The notes under the pieces: generated by a model
Databases searched by the model: none
Told to the model about the DNA's origin: nothing
What the model saw: the letters and a program-made list of their open reading frames with translations, nothing else
Assembly (NCBI GenBank): GCA_023426545.1
Contig: JAFAAN010000147.1
Coordinates: forward strand, 1,836 to 65,835
Length of the DNA stretch: 64,000 nucleotides
Direction of reading: 5' to 3'
Source of the DNA: Pseudomonadota bacterium
Lineage (GTDB): Bacteria; Myxococcota; Myxococcia; Myxococcales; Myxococcaceae
In this document: positions 29,776-38,573 of the stretch, piece by piece
Layout of the letters: the number at the start of each line of letters is the position of its first letter
How positions within the stretch are numbered: the first letter of the stretch is position 1
Made by a program: the position numbers and the translations under genes

Positions 29776-30303
29776 TCAGGAGTCGCCGTTGGCCTTCTTC
29801 TGGGACAGGTAGGCGATGTTGTCCTCGACCCGTGCGTAGTCGCGGTCCGCGAACGTGGGGGCCTTGAACGTCTCCAGCAGCTTCTGGTGGGCGTCCAGCA
29901 CCGAGCGCACCTGCGACTCGAACTGCGTGCGCTGGCGCTTCAGCTCGTTGATGTCCTCCACCACCTGGACCAGCCGCTGGTGGGCGCCGTGGACGATCTT
30001 CTCCGCCTGGTGCTCGGCGTCCGCGATGATGATCTCCGCTTCCTTCTTCGCGGCGTCCTTCAGGTCCTCGCTGATGCGCTGGGCGGTGACCATGGTCTCC
30101 TGGAGGGTGCGCTCCCGCTCCTGGTGCTGTTCGACCTTGAGCTGGGTGCGCTTCACTTCCTCCTTGAGCGCGATGTTCTCCTTCACCACCTCCTCGAACT
30201 CGCCGGCGATGAGCTCGAGGTAGGCCTCCACCTCACGGCAGGAGAAGCCGCGCAGGGCCGTTTCGAACCGCTTCTGCCGGATGTCGAGCGGGGTGATCTT
30301 CAT
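29776..30303 (-). CDS. DivIVA-domain protein
   Basis: The N-terminus MKITPLDIRQKRFETALRGFSCREVEAYLELIAGEFEEV is the canonical DivIVA lipid-binding/coiled-coil start. The remainder is coiled-coil. Confidence 0.88.
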   Translation of the reverse strand: MKITPLDIRQKRFETALRGFSCREVEAYLELIAGEFEEVVKENIALKEEVKRTQLKVEQHQERERTLQETMVTAQRISEDLKDAAKKEAEIIIADAEHQAEKIVHGAHQRLVQVVEDINELKRQRTQFESQVRSVLDAHQKLLETFKAPTFADRDYARVEDNIAYLSQKKANGDS

Positions 30304-30406
30304 GACGCCGCAGTGTAGCGCAGGGGCGTCGCATCTCCAGGAAATGGCCTTGACCGGGGGGCGGCCCTGGCGGGTGGTGACTGGCCGTCTGCCTGGCGAG
30401 AAGGCG

Positions 30407-30886
30407 TCAGCGGCGGCCGGCGTCCCACTGGGACACCACGGTGCGTGCGGCGTTCTGCACGCCCGTGGTGAGCCGGGCGTCCACGGCGGCCTCCTGGACC
30501 GCGCGGCGCGCGGTGGGGGTGCGCTGGAAGACGAGCCCGTTGAGCGCCTGGATCTTCAGCGCGTCCGCGTGGTGCGGGTGGCGCACCACGTTGGCCAGGA
30601 GCTCCTCCGCCCGGGGGTGCTGGAACAGGCTCACGGCGCGCAGGGCGGCCTGCTGGATGCGCGGATTGGGGTCCCACAGGAGCACCGCCAGTGCGTCCAG
30701 GGCGCGCGCGTCGCCCAGCAGGGCCAGGTCTTCGATGGCCAGGGCCCGGATCTCCTCCGGCGCCGGCTTCACCGCCCCCAGCAGGCCCCGGAGCAGGGCG
30801 GTGTCGTCCGGGGCCCCCGGAGCGGCCGGGGCCTGGGCGCGGGAGGTGGTGGCGAACAGCAGACCGGCGAGGAGCAGGAGCCGCAT
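30407..30886 (-). CDS. Secreted HEAT-repeat protein
   Basis: ATG at 30886 gives the signal peptide MRLLLLAGLLFATTSRAQA. It has HEAT/PBS-lyase-like repeats (AIEDLALLGDARALDALAVLLWDPNPRIQQAALRAV). Confidence 0.65.
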   Translation of the reverse strand: MRLLLLAGLLFATTSRAQAPAAPGAPDDTALLRGLLGAVKPAPEEIRALAIEDLALLGDARALDALAVLLWDPNPRIQQAALRAVSLFQHPRAEELLANVVRHPHHADALKIQALNGLVFQRTPTARRAVQEAAVDARLTTGVQNAARTVVSQWDAGRR

Positions 30887-30989
30887 GGGGCACCTTCTAC
30901 CGTGAGGCGAGGAGATTTTCTTGACGCGATCGCCCATCGTGGGACCTTGCCGCCTGCTACAGGTGTGTTGCGAACGGGAGCAAGGTTCG

Positions 30990-31499
30990 ATGAACGTGGC
31001 GGCCGCGAACTGGCAGACCCTGGAAAACGTCGATGTGGAGTGCACCCATTGCGGCATCCGGATGACCCTGCAACCAGGGACCCGGGTTCGCTACTACCGG
31101 TGTTCCGGGTGCCACCGCTGGGTGTCCAGTGTGTACTCCGACGTCTTCCGGGCGGACGCGAAGATGCGGACCCACCCGGTGAAGGACACGGGGGCCCAGG
31201 ACGAGCAGTTCATCGAGGTCAAGGACCGGCTGGACCGCTGGCTGTCCGCGCTGGAGGGGCAGGACCCGTACCGGCTCCTGGGCGTGTCGCCGCTGGACTC
31301 GGCGGAGACGGTGCGCGCGCGCTACCACGCGCTGGCCATGGAGCGGCACCCGGACCGCGGCGGCTCGGCGGAGAAGATGCGGGAGCTGAACGCCGCCTAC
31401 GAGCGCATCCTCCGGCACCGCCAGCGCAAGCGTCAGGAGGCGCTGTCGGCCGGCATGTCCGTGGCCTCCGCGTCCGTCCTGCCCGCGCGCAGCAGGTAG
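30990..31499 (+). CDS. Zinc-ribbon plus J-domain (DnaJ-like) protein
   Basis: It has a CxxC...CxxC ribbon (ECTHCG...RCSGCH). The J-domain is DPYRLLGVSPLDSAETVRARYHALAMERHPDRGGSAEKMRELNAAYERI, including the HPD tripeptide. Confidence 0.85.
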   Translation: MNVAAANWQTLENVDVECTHCGIRMTLQPGTRVRYYRCSGCHRWVSSVYSDVFRADAKMRTHPVKDTGAQDEQFIEVKDRLDRWLSALEGQDPYRLLGVSPLDSAETVRARYHALAMERHPDRGGSAEKMRELNAAYERILRHRQRKRQEALSAGMSVASASVLPARSR

Positions 31500-32425
31500 C
31501 CCCAGAACAGAGCCCCCAGGGCGATGCCCAGCCCCGCCTTCACCCAGGTGGGGAACAGGTCGCCCGGTGAGACGTAGCCCTCCACCACGCCGATGAGGCC
31601 GAGGAAGGGCGCGCACCCCAGCACCAGCTTCACCGCCTCGCGCCCGCGAAGCGCCAGCGCCTGTCCCCGGGGCAGCTCCCCCGGGTCGATGAGCGCCTGG
31701 CCCACCATCAGCCCCGCCCCGCCGGCGATGACGATGATGGACAGCTCCACCGGCCCATGCGCGGCGATGAAGTCCAGCAAGCCGCCCAGCATGCCCTCGC
31801 GGGCGCACAGCGCGGCGATGGCGCCGATGTGCACCCCGTTGTTCACCAGCATGAACAGCGTGCCCAGGCCGAGGGTGATGCCCATGGCGAAGGTGACGAT
31901 GGTGACGGTGAGGTTGTTGGTGGCGATGCCCGACGCCACCGAGTTGGGCGGCGCCACCGACAGGATGTCATCCGTCCACATGCGGCCCTGGGCCACGTAG
32001 TGGCGCACGCCGGAGGGCACCAGCAGCTCGGCGCCCCGGGGCTCCCACAGCACCACCACCGCGCCCAGCAGGATGCCCAGGACGAACAGCGCGGCGCTGG
32101 CGCCCACGAAGCCGCGCTCCCGGCGCAACGTGGCGGGGAACTCGCGGCGGAAGAAGTCGCGCACCGCGGGCCAGCGCTCGCGCGGCGGCTGGTAGATGGC
32201 GGCGTAGGCCTGTCCGCAGAGCTGGTTGAGGAAGCGGTGCACGTCCGTGCCCGGATAGAACGTCTGGGCATGCGCCAGGTCGGCGGACGCGCGCCGGTAC
32301 AGCGTGTCCAGCGTGCGCAGCGCGTCCAGCTTCAGCGTCCCGGAGCGCTGGCGTGCCAGCAAGGCCTGGAGCGCGTCCCAGTCCGCGCGGCGGCGGGCCA
32401 CGTAGGCGGGCAGCGGAATGGCCAT
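31433..32425 (-). CDS. SpoIIM/DUF95-family integral membrane protein
   Basis: ATG is at 32425 (MAIPLPAYVARRRADWDAL). The N-terminal cytoplasmic helix region is followed by multiple TM helices and the block FIAAHGPVELSIIVIAGGAG, which is typical of the family. Confidence 0.75.
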   Translation of the reverse strand: MAIPLPAYVARRRADWDALQALLARQRSGTLKLDALRTLDTLYRRASADLAHAQTFYPGTDVHRFLNQLCGQAYAAIYQPPRERWPAVRDFFRREFPATLRRERGFVGASAALFVLGILLGAVVVLWEPRGAELLVPSGVRHYVAQGRMWTDDILSVAPPNSVASGIATNNLTVTIVTFAMGITLGLGTLFMLVNNGVHIGAIAALCAREGMLGGLLDFIAAHGPVELSIIVIAGGAGLMVGQALIDPGELPRGQALALRGREAVKLVLGCAPFLGLIGVVEGYVSPGDLFPTWVKAGLGIALGALFWGYLLRAGRTDAEATDMPADSAS

Positions 32426-32426
32426 G

Positions 32427-33200
32427 TCAGCGCTCCCCCTGGACGACGCGGGCGCGCAGGAAGGCTTCGGTGCTCTCGGTGGACGCGAGCACCGCGGCGC
32501 GCGCCTCCGCGTCCGGCGGGCCCACCCGCTCCACCAGCCGCGCGCCCAGCCGCTGGCGCACCTCCGGAGCGAGCCCGGGCGCGCGGGCCAGGAAGGACAG
32601 CACCAGCTCCACGTCCTCCGGCGCGAGCGGGCGCGCCCCGGCGGCCTGCGCCTGCGCGGCGGGCGTGGCCGCGTCCGGCGCGGCGGCGTACTTGTCCAGG
32701 TCGATGCGCTCCTCGCGCACCAGCAGCGTACCAGCCAGCACGTCGCCCAGCCGCCGGTGCTGGCGGGTGAGCAGCATGCTGACGCAAGCGGCGGCGTACA
32801 GCATGGGCAGGAAGTCCACCGCGCGGCAGAGGTTGCGGACCGCGCTCTCGTACACACCCACGGGCGAGCCATCCACGCGCACCACGCGGATGCCGAGCGC
32901 GCGCTTGCCCACCGTCTGGCCGTGGAAGAGGCCCTCGCTCACCGTCCAGTACAGCCACTGCGTGGCGAAGACGCCCACCACCAGCAGCGTCTGCGCCACG
33001 CCCGACAGCCCCTGGAGCACGCCGAGCACGTCCGACACCAGCAGCGTGAAGACGAAGTACGCGACGAGCCAGAAGAAGAACAGCAGGCTCGCGTCCACCA
33101 GCCACGCGAGGCAGCGGTAGCCAATGCCCGCGACAGGGAGCGTCAGCGCCACGCGCTCGGGCGTGGCGACGTCGAGATGGGGTGTCGGTGCGGGGTGCAT
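32427..33200 (-). CDS. RDD-family membrane protein
   Basis: ATG is at 33200 (MHPAPTPHL). It has the RDD-domain pattern AGIGYRCLAWLVDASLLFFFW...GKRALGIRVVRVDG...FLP...RRLGDVLAGTLLV. Its stop lies 1 nt upstream of the downstream gene's start. Confidence 0.8.
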   Translation of the reverse strand: MHPAPTPHLDVATPERVALTLPVAGIGYRCLAWLVDASLLFFFWLVAYFVFTLLVSDVLGVLQGLSGVAQTLLVVGVFATQWLYWTVSEGLFHGQTVGKRALGIRVVRVDGSPVGVYESAVRNLCRAVDFLPMLYAAACVSMLLTRQHRRLGDVLAGTLLVREERIDLDKYAAAPDAATPAAQAQAAGARPLAPEDVELVLSFLARAPGLAPEVRQRLGARLVERVGPPDAEARAAVLASTESTEAFLRARVVQGER

Positions 33201-33566
33201 GCTGGGCGTGCAGCATACACGTCCGGCTTCCTCCCACGCCGCCGCACGCGCGGCGGTTCCGCGCGGACTTGCGGGAATTTCGGGTCCCATCCGGGTGTGG
33301 CGCGGATGACATTCGGAGCGCCGGCGGAGGGCGCTTTCATCGATTTATGGACGCAACGGCGTGTCGTGCGGTCGACAGCGATGACGAACCAACGGATGAA
33401 ACCCCTGTAACGGGCTCCGATTCATGCACACTGGACACTCCCGTTAGGGCTGGTTCGCGTCTGCGCTTTCCCAGTGATAGGGTTTCTGCCGTTGGACCAT
33501 GAACCTGGGCCGAGGGAGGTGCGGCCCGCTGGGACGTCAGTGGTAGCAGGAAGTCAAAAACAGTCA

Positions 33567-33598
33567 GGAGTCGAGTCGTACATCGGTAGGTCGACTCC
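33567..33598. repeat. 8-bp inverted repeat (GGAGTCGA-N16-TCGACTCC) in a low-GC divergent intergenic region
   Basis: The left arm is at 33567-33574 and the right arm at 33591-33598, about 130 nt upstream of the LuxR-type regulator start. Confidence 0.6.
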
Positions 33599-33725
33599 GG
33601 AGTGGTTCAGCGGACACGCTCGTTCATCCCTGTCACACAACCCACTGGCCCAGGTCGTACCGGAGCCGGCTGTGGTCAGTTGTCTGTTCATGCAGTTTTC
33701 GCCATGACGGCTGGGGGGCCTTCGC

Positions 33726-34415
33726 ATGGCAACCAATCAAGCAGCGATTCGTGTATCGATTCTCGAAGGACCGTGGGCAGCCTGGCAGGGCCTGGCCGAC
33801 GGGCTCCGGGGTGAGGGTGTGCAGGTCTCCTCGGTGACGAGGGACGTGCGCCTGTTCCTCGACAGCCTGGGGACGGATCCGCCGCAGGTCGCGGTGATGG
33901 ACGTGGAAGGTGACGGCGAGGCAGCCGTGGGCTGCTCCGTCACGGAGGGCATCAACCTCCTGCGGGAGGCGCGCAAGCGCCGGCTCGAGGTGCGGATGTT
34001 GCTGCTCTCCGCGGTGAGCACGCCGGAGATCATCTCGCAGTGCTTCGACGAAGGCGCCTCCGGCTACCTGTTCCGGGCCGGCCTGGGGACGACCGCGGTC
34101 GCGTCCGCCATCAACTCGCTGGTCCGGGGTGAGCGGTTGTTCCCGGTGCAGCTGCTGCGCAACGACTTCGAGCACCCGCCGGTGACGTCGCCCACCGCGA
34201 GCGTGTTGCTGGCGCTCACGCAGCGCGAGCGCGAGGTGCTGGCGTACGTGGCGGGCGGCGCGGACAACCTGAAGATCGCCGCGCACCTGCAGATCGCCGA
34301 GCGCACCGTGAAATCCCACGTGACGCAGCTCTACCGGAAGCTGGGGGCGGAGAACCGCACGCAGCTGGCGCTGAGGGCGTGTCACCTGGGCGTCCGGCCT
34401 CCGCCGGACCTCTAG
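33726..34415 (+). CDS. LuxR/FixJ-family regulator with an atypical receiver-like domain
   Basis: The C-terminal HTH is LTQREREVLAYVAGGADNLKIAAHLQIAERTVKSHVTQLYRKLG. The N-terminal domain is receiver-like (VAVMDV, LLLSA) but has EG where the acidic DD pair normally sits, and FRAG where the conserved Lys is expected. Confidence 0.85.
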   Translation: MATNQAAIRVSILEGPWAAWQGLADGLRGEGVQVSSVTRDVRLFLDSLGTDPPQVAVMDVEGDGEAAVGCSVTEGINLLREARKRRLEVRMLLLSAVSTPEIISQCFDEGASGYLFRAGLGTTAVASAINSLVRGERLFPVQLLRNDFEHPPVTSPTASVLLALTQREREVLAYVAGGADNLKIAAHLQIAERTVKSHVTQLYRKLGAENRTQLALRACHLGVRPPPDL

Positions 34416-34506
34416 CGGCGGGACGGACCGCGCACGCAGCACGCCCCCCGGACCTGGGCGAAGGGGCCCGGGTTCGCAGGGGGCGTGCGCGCGGCGGCCA
34501 CCGCGC

Positions 34507-34722
34507 CTACGGCTTCGACTCTTCCATCTTCTTGCGGAGGCTCAGCGGGCGCATGTCCGTCCAGACCTCCTTGATGTACTCGAGGCACTCGGCCTTGTTG
34601 CCCTGCTTGCCTGCGTCCTTCCAACCGAGCGCGTTCTCGCGGTCGGCTGGCCAGATGGAGTACTGCTCCTCGTGGTTCACAACGACCTTGTAGACGGTCG
34701 TGTCCTCGCGCTCATCCGCCAT
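34507..34722 (-). CDS. MbtH-like protein
   Basis: This 71-aa protein carries the MbtH signature [24 protein letters not shown]...[16 protein letters not shown], including the conserved Trp residues. Confidence 0.9.
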   Translation of the reverse strand: MADEREDTTVYKVVVNHEEQYSIWPADRENALGWKDAGKQGNKAECLEYIKEVWTDMRPLSLRKKMEESKP

Positions 34723-34830
34723 GGTGGTTCTCCTGGAACGGGCCGCATTGTGGCCATAATCCAGGAAAAGGGGTCAAGACACGGAAGGCGTGGGCGCGTG
34801 CGCGCCGGGTGACACCTATACTCGCCGGCC

Positions 34831-35844
34831 ATGCGTCGTCGGGTTGCTCACATCATCACGGCCTGCGTCCTCCTGCTGGGAGGTGCGTGGGCGCTGCTCG
34901 CCTTGTCATTGACGGGAGCGGGGCCCGAGGGCCCGCACCTGCTGCGCGCCCTCGGCGCCGTGCTGCTTTCGGGCGCCGCGGTGGCGGTGTGGCTGCGCCA
35001 CTCGAAGCGCGCGGCCGTGGCGGTGATGGCCGTGGGGTGCGTGGCCATCTGGGGGTGGACCCAGACGGTGCGGCCGGCGAAGCACGCCGACTGGGCGCCG
35101 GACCTGGCGCGCTCCGCGAGGGCGAAGGTGGAGGGGACGCGTGTGACGCTGTACGACGTGCGGGACTTCCGCTACCGCAGCACGTCGGACTGGGATGCGG
35201 CGTGGTACTCGGCCACGTACGACACACGGGAGCTCACCGGCGCCTGGTTCATCGTGGAGCCCTTCTCCGGCGTCTGGGGCGCGGCGCACACGATGGTGAG
35301 CTTCGGCTTCGCGGACGGCCGCTACCTCGTCTTCTCCGTGGAGGTCCGGCGCGAGAAGGGAGAGACATTCTCCGCGCTGGGCGGGCTCTTCCGCCAGTTC
35401 GAGCTCACCTACGTGGTGGGAGACGAGCGCGACCTGGTGCAGCTGCGCTCCAACCACCGCAAGGATGACGTCTACCTTTACCCGGTGGATGCGTCGCGGG
35501 AGCGCATCGCCAGCTTCTTCCTCGACATGGTGGCGCGGATGAACGCGCTGCACGAGGCGCCGGAGTTCTACGACACGCTCACCAACAACTGCACCACCAA
35601 CCTGGTGCGGCACCTGGAGAAGGTGAGTCAGGTCGAGGTGCCGTATGACCACCGCACCTTGCTTCCCGCGTTCTCCGACGCGCTGGCGTATGAGCTGGAG
35701 CTCATCGACCGGGACGCGCCGCTGGACACGGTGCGCAAGCGCTACCACATCAACGCCCGCGCCCAGGCGGCGGACGGGCGGCAGGACTTCTCGCGGCGCA
35801 TCCGGGAGCCCCTGGCCGCCACCGCCGCCGACGCCGTCCCGTGA
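34831..35844 (+). CDS. DUF4105-family membrane-anchored protein
   Basis: It has N-terminal TM helices. Conserved blocks are VTLYDVRDFRYRS, WFIVEPFSG..AAHTMVSFGF, YLVFSVEVRREKGE.FS and FELTYVVGDERD. The family name is recalled from memory. Confidence 0.65.
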   Translation: MRRRVAHIITACVLLLGGAWALLALSLTGAGPEGPHLLRALGAVLLSGAAVAVWLRHSKRAAVAVMAVGCVAIWGWTQTVRPAKHADWAPDLARSARAKVEGTRVTLYDVRDFRYRSTSDWDAAWYSATYDTRELTGAWFIVEPFSGVWGAAHTMVSFGFADGRYLVFSVEVRREKGETFSALGGLFRQFELTYVVGDERDLVQLRSNHRKDDVYLYPVDASRERIASFFLDMVARMNALHEAPEFYDTLTNNCTTNLVRHLEKVSQVEVPYDHRTLLPAFSDALAYELELIDRDAPLDTVRKRYHINARAQAADGRQDFSRRIREPLAATAADAVP

Positions 35845-35856
35845 CGCGCTGTCCGC

Positions 35857-36579
35857 CTACGCACCCGGACGCGACTTCAGGTGGGTGTCGTAGTGCTGTT
35901 GCAGCGTGACGAAGTAGCCGCGCTCCTCCCAGAGCGCCGCGATGAGGCGCTCGGTCAGCGTCTTCACCTCCGCGCTCTCGTCCGGTGTGGGCGTGCGGGG
36001 GCCCGGAGACTGCGGGCTGAAGAAGGCGCGGGTGGCCTCGGCCATCAACAGGCGGCTGCCCGCGAAGAGCCGGCGCAGGGCCTGGTTGACGGGGCGAGGG
36101 TCCACCTCCGCGCAGGCCGCGAGGATGGCGTCGTGAATGCGCTGGGGCTGGGGGCCGCCCATGTCCTCTGCCTTCAGGTCGCCGCGCGCCAGGGCGTGGT
36201 TGAGCAGGTACCCGTGGTGCAGGGCGGATGAGGCCACGTCCACGCAGTCCTTCACCCACAGCACGAAGAAGACCTTGCGGAACACCTTGCGCACGGGGAA
36301 CAGCGCCAGTCCCTTCAGGGAACTCAACAGTCGTCCGCCCGCCGTCCGGCCGACATGGGAGCCCGCGAGGAACTCTACCGCCCGGGGCGGCTTCCTGGGC
36401 AGGCCGTGCTCGGCGAGGACGGTGAGGACCATGCTCTCGCGGGCCTGCCGGAGCGCGTAGTCATCCAGGAAGGGGACAGGGATGAGCGGCGTCAGTCCGG
36501 AGACGACGGCGAGGAAGGCCACGCGGCCCAGCACCGGGGGCAGCTCACTCGCGGGAGGACGAGGCTTCGGCTCGGTCAT
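35857..36579 (-). CDS. Hypothetical membrane-associated protein
   Basis: ATG at 36579 is preceded by GGAGGA. The ORF is 240 aa with one hydrophobic segment (VAFLAVVSGLTPLIPVPF). I recognised no family. Confidence 0.5.
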   Translation of the reverse strand: MTEPKPRPPASELPPVLGRVAFLAVVSGLTPLIPVPFLDDYALRQARESMVLTVLAEHGLPRKPPRAVEFLAGSHVGRTAGGRLLSSLKGLALFPVRKVFRKVFFVLWVKDCVDVASSALHHGYLLNHALARGDLKAEDMGGPQPQRIHDAILAACAEVDPRPVNQALRRLFAGSRLLMAEATRAFFSPQSPGPRTPTPDESAEVKTLTERLIAALWEERGYFVTLQQHYDTHLKSRPGA

Positions 36580-36835
36580 ATGTCCTCCATATGCCCCGCG
36601 CCCCTGGTGATTGCGCTGGGCCCGGAGGGTGGGCTGTTGGCTGGCCTCCAGTCGTGCGGCTGCAGCAGGGCGTAGCGTGTGTTCATCAACGGCGTGGGAA
36701 CCCTTCGCGCACCACCGCGCCCTGGAGGTATTCGACCTCCAGCGCGCCGTGGAGGGTCAGCCCGCGCTCTGTGCTTCATGGCGCCAGGGGGCTCGTGGGA
36801 CGCCATCCCGCCGCATGGGCACGGCCGGGTCGTGC

Positions 36836-38158
36836 TCAGCGCGTCAGCGACATGTGGACGGAGGTCTCTCCGGGAGGCGGGTGCCACGTCAGCGGGCTCG
36901 CGGGGGGAGCTGCTTCGCGGACGGTGGTGCGGTGGCGCGTGATGAAGGCCGCGGCGCTCTCGGGGCTGGCACAAGCGGAGAGGATGAGCTCCGGCGTCAC
37001 GAACGCCGTGGCGATGGCGTCCGCCAGGCGGTTGTCCTTGCTGCCAGCGGCGAGCAGGTCGATGACATGCGGGGGCGGAGGCTGGAGCAGGGCGTTCGTC
37101 CAGTGGGTCGCGGGCGCGGTGGCGTTCCAGGAGGCCGCCTCGGCCTCGTGGCAGAAGGACTCGTCGAAGGGCCGCTGCTCCGCCAGCGCGGTGACGATGT
37201 GCTCCGCGATGGCGAAGGCTGACGCGCTGGCCGCGTTGGCGCCCTGGCCCGCGACCGGATCGTTCGTCACGTGCGTGTCACCCACCGCCAGGGCGAAGCG
37301 GCCACCGGAGAGCGGCGCCCAGCCGCGCCGCACCACCGGCGTGAAGGAACCCTGGAGGTAGTCGAGGGGCCCGAGCACGCCGAAGCGCGCCGGGTCCACG
37401 CGCTCGTACGTGGCGGGCGCGAAACGCCGCAGGAAGCCCAGCAACATGGCCTCGAACCCCCGAGGGTCCTCGTCATAGCGCTGCGTGCTGAGGCGAGACA
37501 GCTCGCTGCCCGGCAGGGCTTCGATGAGGGTGCTGGGCACACGGCCGTTCGCGGTGACGACCTGGGACTCGAAGATCTCGCCCTGGCCCGGAATCAGGTA
37601 GGCGTTCAGGCCAATGGGCTCCTGCATGCGCACGCCCTTCAGCAGCGCGGCGAACAACATGCGCGGCGGCTGCGTGTGCGGCGACAGCTCGGGCACGCGG
37701 GGGAACAGGCGCGTCAGGCCATTGCGGCCGGTGGCCACCACCATCAGCGCGTGCCGCTGGGCCAGGCGCTCCAGCGCGTCCACATCGACGGGGAGGATCT
37801 CCAGCTTGCCGCCACGCGCGACGAAGTCCTCCGCGAGCCGTGGCTGGTACTGACGGTAGTCCACGAAGATGGTGGGGGATGCCATACGGCCCCGGAGGCT
37901 GATGGGCTGAGGGCCGCCGCGGACGTGGATGTCGATGTAATGCATGTCGGCGTTGGGGCCGCCCCAGTGGTCCACGCCCAGCAGACGCTCACGCATGCGC
38001 GTGGGGGCATGGTGCGCCACCGTATTGAGCAGACGGGAACCCCGTAGTCTGCCCGGCTCCTGCTCCGTGTAGAGCGTCACGGGAACACCCTGGGACAGCA
38101 GCTTCAACCCCAGGTGGAGCCCCGCGGTGCCAGCGCCAACAATTCCAATGCATTCCAT
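36836..38158 (-). CDS. StyA-like FAD-dependent monooxygenase (styrene monooxygenase large-component family)
   Basis: ATG at 38158 lies 4 nt (TCAT) after GGAGGAGAG. The N-terminus MECIGIVGAGTAGLHLGLKLLSQGVPVTLYTEQ...SRLLNTVAHH closely parallels the StyA Rossmann start. The longer ORF-track start at 38461 is rejected. Confidence 0.8.
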   Translation of the reverse strand: MECIGIVGAGTAGLHLGLKLLSQGVPVTLYTEQEPGRLRGSRLLNTVAHHAPTRMRERLLGVDHWGGPNADMHYIDIHVRGGPQPISLRGRMASPTIFVDYRQYQPRLAEDFVARGGKLEILPVDVDALERLAQRHALMVVATGRNGLTRLFPRVPELSPHTQPPRMLFAALLKGVRMQEPIGLNAYLIPGQGEIFESQVVTANGRVPSTLIEALPGSELSRLSTQRYDEDPRGFEAMLLGFLRRFAPATYERVDPARFGVLGPLDYLQGSFTPVVRRGWAPLSGGRFALAVGDTHVTNDPVAGQGANAASASAFAIAEHIVTALAEQRPFDESFCHEAEAASWNATAPATHWTNALLQPPPPHVIDLLAAGSKDNRLADAIATAFVTPELILSACASPESAAAFITRHRTTVREAAPPASPLTWHPPPGETSVHMSLTR

Positions 38159-38573
38159 ATGACTCTCCTCCATGTCCCGCATCGTCATGGCTGTGTCGGG
38201 AGGGCCCCCCCAAGGGTCGAGGCGGTTCCTTAACACAACACAAATGGAGATCTTCAGAAAGGACGTACTTGATAGTCGAGAAAAGGGGAGCTGCGTTGCG
38301 TCATGCCCTGGTGGGCAAACTTTGTCGTCCGCTGGGGAACAGCAGGCGCAAGGCTTTACAGTGAGAGTCGATTGACCAGTCGTCTCCATGGCGCGCCGAG
38401 TCAGGGCGCGCGGGAGGGCGCAAAGGCTTGCAAAGGCGCTTGTGCGGGGTAGGCCCGCCATGACGCAGGCGTCGTCCCGGGCAATGCCTCACGCCTTCGA
38501 GGGCAGGCCTTGGGCACGCGAGCGGGAGCCGGTGCTCACGGACGGGCTAGAGCGGCTGAGCGAGTGGCGCCCG

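Noticed and set aside
28137-29867. 576-aa plus-strand ORF over the metallopeptidase region
   Set aside because: The minus-strand frame has a signal peptide, HExxH and a TM anchor. The plus-strand frame is Gly/Arg/Ala-rich with no recognisable domain.
32426-32872. N-terminal extension of the SpoIIM-like ORF (track start 32872), and similar extensions at 38159-38461, 44888-45160 and 30887-31057
   Set aside because: Each extension overlaps a neighbouring gene or intergenic DNA and has Arg/Pro/Ala-rich composition. Internal ATGs give sensible N-termini (signal peptide, RBS or family-typical start).
33440-33460. GGTTCG motif checked as a possible tRNA T-arm, along with a general by-eye scan for tRNA, rRNA, CRISPR repeats and IS elements
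   Set aside because: There is no flanking acceptor or anticodon stem complementarity. I found no regularly spaced direct repeats and no transposase- or integrase-like ORFs anywhere in the window.
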